Shown here piece by piece: positions 1 through 9,550 of a stretch of DNA of 61,782 nucleotides; position 1 is the first letter of the stretch, and each line of letters opens with the position of its first letter. Source of the DNA: a virus (taxonomy: Duplodnaviria > Caudoviricetes); the IMG/VR virus record IMGVR_UViG_3300036785_000389, positions 1-61,782 of that record. One strand, 5' to 3'. Both the position numbers and the translations under genes were made by a program. The notes under the pieces are model-generated. The model was given only the letters and a program-made list of their open reading frames with translations, had not been told where the DNA came from and did not search any database.

Positions 1-126
1 ACAAACTCATAGGCAAGATCGACGCCGCGCATCTCGGCCAGTGCCTTGACCTTGCGCTGTTGCTCTCGCAGCGACGTGCCTTCAATCTGTTCCTCGGTCG
101 AACAGCGAGCGTACCCTAAGATCATG
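1..126 (+). repeat. Terminal direct repeat copy 1 (circular assembly overlap)
   Basis: ACAAACTCATAGG...TAAGATCATG is identical to 61642-61767 and lies within the 5' end of the recombinase gene. Confidence 0.95.
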
Positions 127-180
127 GTTCTCTCCCCAATGTAGTCATCTACACTACACCCTGGGCGCAATCTGTCAAGT
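127..180 (-). promoter_or_regulatory. Probable sigma70 promoter and RBS for the serine recombinase (across the circular join)
   Basis: Minus strand TTGACA ... TAGTGT ... GGGGAGAG-aacc-ATG; an inverted repeat TGTAGT..ACTACA overlaps it. Confidence 0.55.
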
Positions 181-1123
181 GCTCGTAAACCCGCCTGATG
201 CCTTCCTCTAGCGTGATCCTAGGCACGTAATACTGGTGCAGTTTATGCACGTCAGCTACGCGGGCGAACACGCCTTCCTGCTTGCTGGCGTCGTTGACCA
301 CGTTCGGACTGCGATCAAACAAGACGGCGGTTTTGTACGCCAGTTCCTTGAACGAAGTACCGACGCCGGTGCCAAGATTAAGCGGTTGCCCCGATGGAAG
401 CGCGTCCATCGCGTTCAATACCGCCTCAACAATATCGTCAATATGGATGAAGTCCCGAAGCTGATCGCCCGAACCCCACACAGTTATAGGGTCCTCGCGG
501 TCGACCACCCGCTTTACAATCGACGGAAATGGATAATCAAACGACTGGTCGCCGCCGTAGCCACCGAACGGGCGGTATATTTTCACGTCTAGCCCGTACT
601 TCTCGACCGCACACTTGGCTAGGTACTCGCCGGCAATCTTGACAAAACCGTAGGTCATTTCGGGCAGACCAATGCGGGTTCCGTCGAAATTAAGAAATTC
701 CTCGACAAGCTGACAATGCACGTTACGTTTCTGCAAATCAGCGGGGTAAGCGGCAGACGACGAAAAATAAATCAACCTCGGCATTTTTTTGCTGCGCACG
801 ATCCAATTAAACAACTCAGCATCTATCGACATATCGGTAGCGACCGCCAACGGATCGCCGTCGATCATCCGGCGACCGCCGACAATGGCTGCACAATGAA
901 TAACCAGATCAAACTTGTCGGGATTAAACATCTTGAAAAACTTGCGAACGTCGAGATGGAAGTAGTTCAAACTGTGCTTATTAATTATAGTGCCGGTCCA
1001 TTTACTCGGGTGTAGCCCCGCGCTTAGGTCATCGACGCCTACAACATCATACCCAAGAACCAATAACCGCTTGGCAAAGTTCCGACCTACAAAGCCTCCC
1101 GATCCGGTAATGAGCACCCTCAT
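149..1123 (-). CDS. NAD-dependent nucleotide-sugar epimerase/dehydratase (extended SDR)
   Basis: GSGGFVG Rossmann motif, FSSSAAYP, catalytic YGFVK, WGSGDQLRDFIH. Confidence 0.93.
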   Translation of the reverse strand: MRVLITGSGGFVGRNFAKRLLVLGYDVVGVDDLSAGLHPSKWTGTIINKHSLNYFHLDVRKFFKMFNPDKFDLVIHCAAIVGGRRMIDGDPLAVATDMSIDAELFNWIVRSKKMPRLIYFSSSAAYPADLQKRNVHCQLVEEFLNFDGTRIGLPEMTYGFVKIAGEYLAKCAVEKYGLDVKIYRPFGGYGGDQSFDYPFPSIVKRVVDREDPITVWGSGDQLRDFIHIDDIVEAVLNAMDALPSGQPLNLGTGVGTSFKELAYKTAVLFDRSPNVVNDASKQEGVFARVADVHKLHQYYVPRITLEEGIRRVYEHLTDCAQGVV

Positions 1124-1323
1124 TTCTTGTCCTCGAACGATAAATGCCAATGAAGTTGGTCAGCCCGGCTCGGCGGCCACAAGTGAATGGCGTTGCCCTT
1201 GGTCACACAGTAGTATTTTGGGAAAGACGCCTCCGTAAGCCGCTCATTATTTTCTCGCCGCAGATCGTTCATCTCGGCTTCCGTGATGCGGAGCAACATG
1301 CGCTGGTGGTTAAAACCAGACAT
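1120..1323 (-). CDS. Hypothetical protein
   Basis: Short ORF overlapping both neighbours. Confidence 0.5.
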   Translation of the reverse strand: MSGFNHQRMLLRITEAEMNDLRRENNERLTEASFPKYYCVTKGNAIHLWPPSRADQLHWHLSFEDKK

Positions 1324-1756
1324 CCCAGGCCCCAAAGTCCTTTATCAACTCGGCAGCAAAACAATCGATCTTGAGATCGACACGCTCCCCGGCATGTTGC
1401 GCGATGATATTCTTAGCACGGCTCCTTACGCCATTTATACTGTGCGAAAGTTTTAGCAACGTATCTTGTTCTGAGCCGCCTTCTCTGGCCTTCGATTCAT
1501 TTAGCCATATCGTTCGGTTGGCCAGCATCAGCATCAACGCCGCAGTAATATCTTCGGAATTGAATACGAAGTTCTTCTGCTTAAGAACCACGTCGATGTC
1601 GTGCTCTATCAACCTGCGCTCATCCAGATAAGACGTGCGGTGCTGTTGTATGAATATCGACTTGAGCAAGACGATGCTCAACCGATCTATCAAATCGGCC
1701 AAGGTCGGCAAATAATGCCGCTGCTCTGGAATATCGGGGCCGTGTTCATCGCCCAT
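1310..1756 (-). CDS. DUF6165-like helical protein
   Basis: LADLIDRLSIVLLK and NRTIWLNE...RSRAKNII resemble the DUF6165 pattern often found near phage glycosyltransferases. Confidence 0.5.
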   Translation of the reverse strand: MGDEHGPDIPEQRHYLPTLADLIDRLSIVLLKSIFIQQHRTSYLDERRLIEHDIDVVLKQKNFVFNSEDITAALMLMLANRTIWLNESKAREGGSEQDTLLKLSHSINGVRSRAKNIIAQHAGERVDLKIDCFAAELIKDFGAWDVWF

Positions 1757-2088
1757 TATTTTACTTTCGCCAATGTACGCATATCTTCAAGATGATACCG
1801 AACGGCTTTTAACTCGTCCGTATGACCTTCCAGACCCTTTGGTTTGATGCCAATTTCCCATGCAGCATCAGACATTGCTTGAAGAATTTGTCGAACATTA
1901 GAATCTGGATGTGATCCGTCATCCATGAAAGATTCGTTTTGCGGAACCGACTCGTATTTATTCAACGTATGTAGCGTAGGATTAAACAAAATAGTTCCGC
2001 TGCCGTCAGGGTTATCTCTCATAACGTACATGCGATACCCTATTTGGCCGAATCTAATAAGGCTATCTAGATGAACTCTCCAAGCCAT
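1756..2088 (-). CDS. Hypothetical phage protein
   Basis: Coupled ORF; C-terminal ELKAVRYHLEDMR. Confidence 0.65.
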   Translation of the reverse strand: MAWRVHLDSLIRFGQIGYRMYVMRDNPDGSGTILFNPTLHTLNKYESVPQNESFMDDGSHPDSNVRQILQAMSDAAWEIGIKPKGLEGHTDELKAVRYHLEDMRTLAKVK

Positions 2089-2090
2089 TT

Positions 2091-3338
2091 TTACACCTTC
2101 TGGATATTCAAGTAGTCGAAACTGGCGTGAGAGTATCTGGTTTGCGGCTCTCTAGATTGAACGCCGTAGAAGCATACGCCTTTGTTCAAGGCCGTAAGCT
2201 TGACCGTCCGGGCAGCAAATGATCCAGGGATGTTGACCTGCAACAATCCACCTTCAACCGGCTCAGGCTGCAAAGACGGTTCAATCTCGAACCCGGTGTA
2301 AGGGTCCTCGATCTTGATCTTGCCTCCTTGCTCGCCGCCAGAAATTAGAAAGTTGCAAACGCCGGTCAAGGGAATTTGGATGGCGGCGCCTTCGTCGTTG
2401 GCGACAAACGTGAATGGACCGATCCGCCGCAGGTCACGGCAATTCCAGTCGCCCGTGTAATACCCTCCGATCAAACCTATTTGATGGGCAAAAATCGTCT
2501 GTAACCCGGTATCGTGGTCGGTGTGCAATAGCGTATCGATGCCGAGATCAATACTACCCTGGTACAATCTCGATAGGCTGTCCCGGTATTTGGCGAAAGC
2601 ACCTTCGTACCGGCGTCCTTCAAGCGGCTGCTTGACGATGGACAATCCCTGTTGTTCCAGTGGCGGGTCCTGCCCGATCATCTCGACATGCGAAGGCGTG
2701 AGGGCGAGCGCGGCAAGGCCGTGAGCCGCAAGAACGGCTTCCCAATGCCAGTCGGCGGTAAGATAATGGTTGTTGCTGCGGAACGCCCAGTAGCCGCCGA
2801 TGTCGATCCCGCTGACGCGCTGGAATATGCGCCGGTTATCGTCCGTCCATGCCGAGCGGAAAGTCCGTAGAACCAATTTTGCAGCTTCGCGCGTAAAAAT
2901 GACATGGCCGGCTCCAAGATTGTGACAGACGGCATAGCCGTCGCGCTGGATCAAAACGCGATCTTCGTAGCAACGAGCGGACACGGCACCGACGTTCAAT
3001 CCGTCTTTTTTGCCTTGGTCGAACAGAGCCATCGTCGGCTTGAACCAATCGGATGGCAGCAGAGTGTCGTTCTCGCACAGACCGACAAACTCATAATTGT
3101 TTAGATGCGCGAGCATCGTGGTCAACGCAAAAACGAGCGCGTTGCCAGCGCCGCCCACGATATTTCCATATCGTTTTATGTCATTACCAGGCAGGCGATC
3201 AAAATACTGTTGCCCGTTTTCTGTAGAGCTTCCATCTATCCAAAACAAATCAAATTTGTTCGCCTGCCAAAGCGGTTCAATTGAACGTATAGATAGTGTG
3301 GTTCTATCCTTACTAAGAAACGAAACTGCTACTTTCAT
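2091..3338 (-). CDS. Putative GT-A fold glycosyltransferase with C-terminal beta domain
   Basis: WIDGSST and CENDTLLP (ExD) motifs; ATGA overlap with the upstream gene. Confidence 0.65.
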   Translation of the reverse strand: MKVAVSFLSKDRTTLSIRSIEPLWQANKFDLFWIDGSSTENGQQYFDRLPGNDIKRYGNIVGGAGNALVFALTTMLAHLNNYEFVGLCENDTLLPSDWFKPTMALFDQGKKDGLNVGAVSARCYEDRVLIQRDGYAVCHNLGAGHVIFTREAAKLVLRTFRSAWTDDNRRIFQRVSGIDIGGYWAFRSNNHYLTADWHWEAVLAAHGLAALALTPSHVEMIGQDPPLEQQGLSIVKQPLEGRRYEGAFAKYRDSLSRLYQGSIDLGIDTLLHTDHDTGLQTIFAHQIGLIGGYYTGDWNCRDLRRIGPFTFVANDEGAAIQIPLTGVCNFLISGGEQGGKIKIEDPYTGFEIEPSLQPEPVEGGLLQVNIPGSFAARTVKLTALNKGVCFYGVQSREPQTRYSHASFDYLNIQKV

Positions 3339-4411
3339 TTCAATGCTTCCTCGCAATCATCCAAAAACGCGCTTGCAAGAGGACAAACAGATAGCGACCT
3401 ATCAGAGTTGTAATTTGACCAAACGGCGCGCAAGTCATCTATGACCGACTTATTTTCTAGAATAATTCCGTCGAGATATTTTGCGAAGTTCAAAATATCT
3501 CCCATGCCCCATATTTCGTCTCGCAAATCCTTCATTAGATCGTGTTCATTGCGCTCTTGAAAAACAAAAGGTTGTCCGTAATGAACGTGATACCCTCGAT
3601 CACGCATGATGCGCTGTACAACAAGGCTGGCGTAAATGTCGTCGTTTCTTTCAAAGGCCGGAATCATCAAAAAACACGGCGCAAATTCTCGCAAGTAGGC
3701 GGTGTTTTGTGTATTCACCACCGTCCAAGTGTTGTTGTCGATAACGGCCCCACTACGCATTATTTCAGCAAAGCCTGTCACTACCGGTTCTTTGGCAATG
3801 CGCTCGACGGCTCCTATGTCTGAATTTCCTAGAACTGGTCCTGTCGCTACACCAACATTGACATTAGCAACCGGAGAAACAACCATTTCCGATCTGACTT
3901 GGTGCGGATAACCTCGCACTCGCACTGGCGGCACAAACAACGAGCCAGGGTCAAACCATCCGTTCTTGCCTTGGACCGAAAGACCGGAAAATGTTGGCAT
4001 TAGTCGGCGCGGTTTGCCACCGACAACCGCCATTCCGGCGGGGAGTGTCGGGGCTACTGGTTCCTCGTGACTCAGGACCGATTCAAAACGGTCGAAGTAG
4101 TCGGTGGAGAGTGGCAAATTATCGTCGTCCACCGAAATTATAATATCTGCGCCCCATGCCAATGCTTCAAGCAATGCGATATTGCGGCGAGCGATGGTGT
4201 TCCAGCCGATCAACTCCGAACACTTCCATGCGTTTTGCGCGCCGGCGCCGAGATAAAGATGATGTCCGCAGCCGTCGAGGAAATTCACCACGTCGAGATC
4301 GGGCGTCTTTCTGTCGCCCGTAACGAAAAACATAACTTCGCCGGAACAGGACCGGTAAAGATCGAGCACTTTTGGAACATTTATAGTCGTGGTAATTAAG
4401 GCCGACTTCAC
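3335..4411 (-). CDS. STELLO/RGP (GT75-like) glycosyltransferase or NDP-sugar mutase-like protein
   Basis: ITTTIN, GDRKTP, ARRNIALL, SVDDDNLP, RGYP, NTQNT, RNDDI, QERNEHDLMKDL motifs; GTG start. Confidence 0.75.
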   Translation of the reverse strand: MKSALITTTINVPKVLDLYRSCSGEVMFFVTGDRKTPDLDVVNFLDGCGHHLYLGAGAQNAWKCSELIGWNTIARRNIALLEALAWGADIIISVDDDNLPLSTDYFDRFESVLSHEEPVAPTLPAGMAVVGGKPRRLMPTFSGLSVQGKNGWFDPGSLFVPPVRVRGYPHQVRSEMVVSPVANVNVGVATGPVLGNSDIGAVERIAKEPVVTGFAEIMRSGAVIDNNTWTVVNTQNTAYLREFAPCFLMIPAFERNDDIYASLVVQRIMRDRGYHVHYGQPFVFQERNEHDLMKDLRDEIWGMGDILNFAKYLDGIILENKSVIDDLRAVWSNYNSDRSLSVCPLASAFLDDCEEALK

Positions 4412-4557
4412 TTCTTTTTCTCCTGAATATCCAGCCACTCGTTGACCGCAAATTCGATCAACCGCGATATGCTCCATCCTCGGGGATTGGCATATTTCTT
4501 GAGGCGAGCCTTTAGCTTGCTCGATAGTCTTACAGATGTTGGTTGTGTCTTAGCCAA
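4408..4557 (-). CDS. Ribbon-helix-helix (CopG/Arc-like) regulator
   Basis: PTSVRLSSKLKARLKKYA..GWSISRLIEFAVNEWL; heads the glycan operon. Confidence 0.7.
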   Translation of the reverse strand: MAKTQPTSVRLSSKLKARLKKYANPRGWSISRLIEFAVNEWLDIQEKKK

Positions 4558-4800
4558 TGCACCTATCCGTGATTTGAAAGGCCGGAGTTGCAACGGGGGA
4601 CCAAACAACCCCGGCCACCGACGCCCCTTCGGCAGATTTGGGAGGGGGGTACGAGGAGCGAACGGCGATGTAGTCGGTAACACTACTTCGAGGAATAAGT
4701 CAATAACTATTTCAATCGTGCCACCGAAGCTCCGGTGCGCGGTAGCATAGTTCGAGGAAGGCCGAGGCCATCACGAGCCAGAAGATTGCCAAGAGGATCA

Positions 4801-5043
4801 TCACTTGTGCTCCATCGGTGGCATTGGCGAGGCCATTCCGTGTGATTTCATCATGCGCTCGACGCCTTCGTAGTAGTTCTTCCCGGCGACGTGGCAATCG
4901 ATCTGGGGCTTCTTACCGTATTGGCCCGTGGCGAACAGCTTATCGACTTCGGTTATGCACTGAGCCTTGCTGCTGTACGTACCCACATCTTCAGTCCGAT
5001 GGCCGCTGAGGTAGATGTAGGTCGCGGTCCAGAGTTCAATCAT
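4801..5043 (-). CDS. Hypothetical protein
   Basis: Coupled ORF with a YSSKAQC...IDC cysteine pair. Confidence 0.5.
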   Translation of the reverse strand: MIELWTATYIYLSGHRTEDVGTYSSKAQCITEVDKLFATGQYGKKPQIDCHVAGKNYYEGVERMMKSHGMASPMPPMEHK

Positions 5044-7148
5044 GGGCACACGCTCGCAGCGCCATTGCGGGCCGTCATAAAGACATTGAGGCGATGGCAG
5101 AGATTAGCTTCATCGGTCGAGGATAGCGACGCCCCGATTGTATAGGCCGCGATCTGCATGGCTGCGCCACCAACGGCTCCAGGTCCAGGCTGATCCCATC
5201 TAGCCAGAACCACGACCTTCCCGGGGCCTGTGTTTAATGGAAAGCCGCTATCGACCGTCCCGGTAAATATCTGCGTAGCGTTATGATAGCCCTGCTCCGC
5301 CGTCTGCCCGCTACGATTGACGAGGAAGAATCCCGTCGAGTCCGTTATGCCCGAGGTTGTGGACGAGGGCGTAAACTCCTGCATCCTGAATATGCCAACG
5401 TTCGAGCCATTGCGCGGAGCAATCAGCGAGTGCTGGGAACCACCGTTTGACCAGCCGATGACCGAGTTACCTGAGTTGGAGTTTGTATTGCTCCAGACTG
5501 AAAAGTGCGCCGAATTAGGCTTGAGTGTCTGATAGCCCGGAATTGGTGGAGCACCGGCGTCGTACCCTGGATCGAGATAGACTGTCGTGCTGGCATTGAC
5601 GCCGGTATAGCCGTTATTGGCGGACCAAGCTGGCGAGCCAACGGGTACTGACGTGTAGTACGTGCCACAAAGATTGAGATTCGCCGTGACCTGATCGGGC
5701 GCAGCCAAAATGGCTATGACATCAAACTTCGTCCCGCAACCAAACTGTCGCAGCAGGCTTCCGTCGATTAGACCGTCAGTAACCATTCCACAAATCAAAT
5801 TAGCAAAGTCAGTCGCATCAGTTCCGCTCAGGCTTGTTCTAGCTACGTAATTATCGGCCTGCGCACAGCCGAGCGATACTGGCGTGCGCGATGGGATTTG
5901 GAGTTCATTATCGGGGAACGTAGCTAAGCCACCGGCGATGATTGTCCCGCCACCGCCAGTCGAACCTCCGGTCGTCAATAGTCCAATGTTTCCCATTGGA
6001 CCGCCGCTGTTATTCTGCGCATCATTGCCAGATGGCGATTGGTTTGGCTGGAGTATCGTACTCTGTATCTGGATCGAATGGGTCTGCCAGTAGTCCATTA
6101 CGTTGTAGTCCCACGCGCCGAACCAGTCAGTGTGGAACGTTGAACCGTTGGGTTTGACGGAATGACCTACAGCCCTGTCGGATGACAAGTACCACTGGCT
6201 AAAATCCGCCGTACCACGCTGATACGTAAAGATCGCCGTAAAGAACGGTAGCGGATAAGGATTGCTCGAAGGACAGACAACTGTTCCACTTCCAGCCGAA
6301 ACTAAACTTGCAACATGCGAGAAATGATCTGCACTATCGAGATGACCGTTCCAACAGTTTGGCGCATCGCCACGGCTGACGATCTGCAAGCAATGAACGC
6401 CGTCGGACTGGATACCGAGTGCGCTGAGTCGCGCATAAAGATCGCCAAAGTTCCAAGGATCGTCGTGGTTGGGAGCTATGCTAAGATTACTGTGGCTCCC
6501 CTCAGACACATCTGAACATGACCAAGTAAAATTACTATTATTTACGTCGTTCGCGATGTTGTAGCCGAAGATATAGCGAAGTCCTCGCGGAAGCTGTCGA
6601 ACGGCTATGCCGACCCATGCGCTGAAACCTGGTGGGGTTCCTGGGTTAGCAATATCGAGAAAATGATAACGGTCGTTCTTGTAATAGAACTGCACTGTAT
6701 CGAATGGATCGACCTTGTTGTTGATCGTGTCGATAACGGCTGGCGCCCAATATCCAGTGCGGTTGAGAGGACCACCAGCACACGAGCCGCCGTTTCCCGA
6801 GGCGCGCAGGCTCGCATAAGTCGAAGCGTAGTTCGTCCCGAAGTTCCCGGCGAACTCGTGCAGATGGCTCGAACCGCCCTGCACTCCAGGAGCAAGGATA
6901 GGATCATCGTAGTTCAGGTGATCGTGATTGCAGAGGAATCGAAACGATCCCTGCTCTTGGCCGCTGCTATAGCTCGTATTGGTCCCCGGCGTGTAGGGCG
7001 TTCCAGGGCTAGAGTCATATTCATAGTCCGCAGCGGTGAAGTCTGTCGTCGGTATGATTGGAAGCTCAGACGAACCGTGGCCGACTCGGCCAGCACTTGC
7101 AGCGCCAGCAATCAATAGAGAACAAATTATCGCCGCGAGTCTTAGCAT
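5040..7148 (-). CDS. Signal-peptide protein: DUF1996 domain fused to a tail/lectin-like C-terminal domain
   Basis: MLRLAAIICSLLIAGAASA signal; FRFLC..DDPI..SHLHEFAGN, NRTGYWAP and HTDWFGAWD DUF1996 motifs. Confidence 0.75.
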   Translation of the reverse strand: MLRLAAIICSLLIAGAASAGRVGHGSSELPIIPTTDFTAADYEYDSSPGTPYTPGTNTSYSSGQEQGSFRFLCNHDHLNYDDPILAPGVQGGSSHLHEFAGNFGTNYASTYASLRASGNGGSCAGGPLNRTGYWAPAVIDTINNKVDPFDTVQFYYKNDRYHFLDIANPGTPPGFSAWVGIAVRQLPRGLRYIFGYNIANDVNNSNFTWSCSDVSEGSHSNLSIAPNHDDPWNFGDLYARLSALGIQSDGVHCLQIVSRGDAPNCWNGHLDSADHFSHVASLVSAGSGTVVCPSSNPYPLPFFTAIFTYQRGTADFSQWYLSSDRAVGHSVKPNGSTFHTDWFGAWDYNVMDYWQTHSIQIQSTILQPNQSPSGNDAQNNSGGPMGNIGLLTTGGSTGGGGTIIAGGLATFPDNELQIPSRTPVSLGCAQADNYVARTSLSGTDATDFANLICGMVTDGLIDGSLLRQFGCGTKFDVIAILAAPDQVTANLNLCGTYYTSVPVGSPAWSANNGYTGVNASTTVYLDPGYDAGAPPIPGYQTLKPNSAHFSVWSNTNSNSGNSVIGWSNGGSQHSLIAPRNGSNVGIFRMQEFTPSSTTSGITDSTGFFLVNRSGQTAEQGYHNATQIFTGTVDSGFPLNTGPGKVVVLARWDQPGPGAVGGAAMQIAAYTIGASLSSTDEANLCHRLNVFMTARNGAASVCP

Positions 7149-8659
7149 CCGCTAACACCGCTTCCGATGTTATCCACTACAGTCGTCGGCGTTGTTGATG
7201 TTCCGGCGTAAGCAATCAACTTCGCGCTCCCGGCATTGGTCCCGCAGACAATAGCGAGCTTCGCCCCTGGAGCGCCAGGAGCAACACCAGATGCGGTGAT
7301 CTTTCCCATTCCAAGTTCGCCATTAGACACTGATAAGAGCGCTGCAATAACCATGTTGGGAATAATCATCTTCTGGCCATCAGTAGAGTTACCCGGATAG
7401 AGGTCTGTTCCGACGACGGAAGTGCTTTCGCCCTGATCCGCGTTGCACAGCGGCGTGGACATCAAGCCAATACCGCCACCAATGACCTGAGTTTGCCTTG
7501 TCCCTGACGAACCAAAGTCGATGCCGCAAGTCGGCGCGCTATTGAACGCCTCGATGCTCGGGTTGATGATCCTCACGCGCTGTATTGTCGAGGGCGACCC
7601 GGCGAACAAGATGCCTGAGCCATTGGTCTTGAGATTGACGATCATGCTTGTATCGGAAGCGATGATCTTCAGTCCGGTATTCTGCCCGTTTAGTTCGTTG
7701 CCGACGAGATTGCTGTCGCCATAAGGTGTCGGGGTGTTGATAACGATTCCCCAACCACCCTGAGTGCCCTGAATATAGTTGTCGGTGAACCAGTTCGAGA
7801 TGAGGAAACTACCGAGGAATATCCCGCCCCAAAGATTGTTCATCACAATACGATTGATGTGCAAGTTGGTAACGCCGTTGCCAGAGGTGCCAGCCACGGA
7901 AAATCCATATCCGTCCGTCGCAGTCATCCCGTTTGCTTGCGAAATCTGGAAATCCTGAAACAGCGCCGCTTTGCCCTGATAGCAACCTGTCCAGCCTGAG
8001 AACCAGCCTGTAAAGCACGCCGTCGCCGCCACCTGACTGGTGTACGAAATCGTAAAGACCGTTCCGGTAGGGTTACGATTCCAGATAATCGAAAGACCAC
8101 CACCGTCGCCAACGAACGTGGTTGGTGAGCTAATCGTGAAGCCGCTGGTGACGTTGTAGTTCCCGGTGCGAAGATGAACGGGCTTGCCAGTCGCTATCGC
8201 CGCCGCAATCGCCGCCGTATCGTCATGATTAACCGTCTGCGTTGTAGCTGTCGTAATTGCGGCGTCGTTGAGCGTAAATGTCGTGCCTGAGATATTGGTA
8301 ACGCTCGTTATTAATTCCGTATTGCCACCCGTTCCGGCGTTGGCAACAGCAATGCCCATACCGATTGACCAGCCAGTAGCACTAGCAACCGTAAGTGTTT
8401 TTGAACTGGCTGTGATTGATCCTGTCGTCGTCGTTATGATGCCAGCAGCATTTTCAGACAAGATCGGATCGACGTAGTTTGTCGCCATCGTAGCAAGCGC
8501 CTGCGTCGTTGTCTTGACCGCAGGGTTGGCACCCTGAAATACAGGGAATTGTTCTTGCCCATTGAGAGTAGAAGCCGCACCGAGATTATTGATTGTCGAA
8601 CCAGCCCAAGCAGATTGGATAAGCAATAATGCTGCGAGAACATTTGCAAGCCATCTCAT
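7142..8659 (-). CDS. Signal-peptide tailspike-like beta-helix (pectate-lyase-3-like) protein
   Basis: MRWLANVLAALLLIQSAWA signal; DDTAAIAAAIA..VHLRTGNY..TFVGDG; N/G-rich beta-helix repeats. Confidence 0.75.
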   Translation of the reverse strand: MRWLANVLAALLLIQSAWAGSTINNLGAASTLNGQEQFPVFQGANPAVKTTTQALATMATNYVDPILSENAAGIITTTTGSITASSKTLTVASATGWSIGMGIAVANAGTGGNTELITSVTNISGTTFTLNDAAITTATTQTVNHDDTAAIAAAIATGKPVHLRTGNYNVTSGFTISSPTTFVGDGGGLSIIWNRNPTGTVFTISYTSQVAATACFTGWFSGWTGCYQGKAALFQDFQISQANGMTATDGYGFSVAGTSGNGVTNLHINRIVMNNLWGGIFLGSFLISNWFTDNYIQGTQGGWGIVINTPTPYGDSNLVGNELNGQNTGLKIIASDTSMIVNLKTNGSGILFAGSPSTIQRVRIINPSIEAFNSAPTCGIDFGSSGTRQTQVIGGGIGLMSTPLCNADQGESTSVVGTDLYPGNSTDGQKMIIPNMVIAALLSVSNGELGMGKITASGVAPGAPGAKLAIVCGTNAGSAKLIAYAGTSTTPTTVVDNIGSGVSGC

Positions 8660-8817
8660 TGGTATAACAACTCGCTTCCTGTATCGACCAAGATCGCGTT
8701 GCTAACGGATAGGTCTATGGCGTTAGCTGAGGAACTTCCACCACCGACGCCGTGCGTCCAGGCAGCCAGAGTAAGCGCAGCCACTACGATGAAGGTTGAT
8801 CTTAGTAAGATTACCAT
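8656..8817 (-). CDS. 53-aa small exported protein (absent from the ORF track)
   Basis: MVILLRSTFIVVAALTLAAWTHGVGGGSSSANAIDLSVSNAILVDTGSELLYQ; ATGA overlap with the next gene; fills the gap exactly. Confidence 0.65.
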   Translation of the reverse strand: MVILLRSTFIVVAALTLAAWTHGVGGGSSSANAIDLSVSNAILVDTGSELLYQ

Positions 8818-8820
8818 ATC

Positions 8821-9540
8821 TCAAGCCGATTTTATTGCGCAGCCATAGCCGACCCAGAACGTTGAGCTGCCCATTGCATAGCCAACAGAAACGCTTGCTG
8901 CTCCAACAGCATAACTTGATGCGTTTTGATTAACCCCGGTGTTTACCTTGCCTATATCGACGCAACCAACGGCCGGAACTGTAAAATTCTGCGCGGCTGC
9001 ATTGAGCCATCCAGCGATAGCAAGTTCGTTCGTTGCGCTAGTAATTGTCACTGATGGGCTGCTAGATATTGCACTATTGGTTGCGTAATCGTGGAACGTA
9101 GTCGTTCCACCCGATTGATCCGTACCAGTCGTGGACAACGCCGCTAATGATACCGTCCCGCCGCCAGTGAACGTCGCTACGATATTGTTAGCGCCAGAGG
9201 CAGGCGCGACTAAGCCAAAGACTGTTCCATCCGCCCCAATGCCTGTCATCGACACGCCGTTATAGGTAACAGACGAGCCGCCAAATACGCCAGTGTTTTG
9301 CAGGAGTATAACGACAAGGGCGCGTTGCGTTCCCGAGCCGACTGTAAACGACGTTGATGCCCCTGACGCTACGCCGCCTGTGAACTGAGAGTTGTCGAAA
9401 GTAACCGGGCCTCCGCCGCCGCCAGACGGCACCGCTTTGAACACACCCTCGCCAATCATCTGCGCACGAACGAGCGCGGGCGCGGCAAAAAGCGCCGCAG
9501 CGCCTAGCAGAAGTTTTCGGCGTGGCAGGATCAAGCGCAT
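8821..9540 (-). CDS. Tat-signal beta-sandwich tail/adhesin-like protein
   Basis: RBS AGGAG; MRLILPRRKLLLGAAALFAAPALVRA twin-arginine signal; VTYNGVSMT..APASGANNIVAT beta repeats. Confidence 0.7.
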   Translation of the reverse strand: MRLILPRRKLLLGAAALFAAPALVRAQMIGEGVFKAVPSGGGGGPVTFDNSQFTGGVASGASTSFTVGSGTQRALVVILLQNTGVFGGSSVTYNGVSMTGIGADGTVFGLVAPASGANNIVATFTGGGTVSLAALSTTGTDQSGGTTTFHDYATNSAISSSPSVTITSATNELAIAGWLNAAAQNFTVPAVGCVDIGKVNTGVNQNASSYAVGAASVSVGYAMGSSTFWVGYGCAIKSA

Positions 9541-9550
9541 TTGCGCGCTC

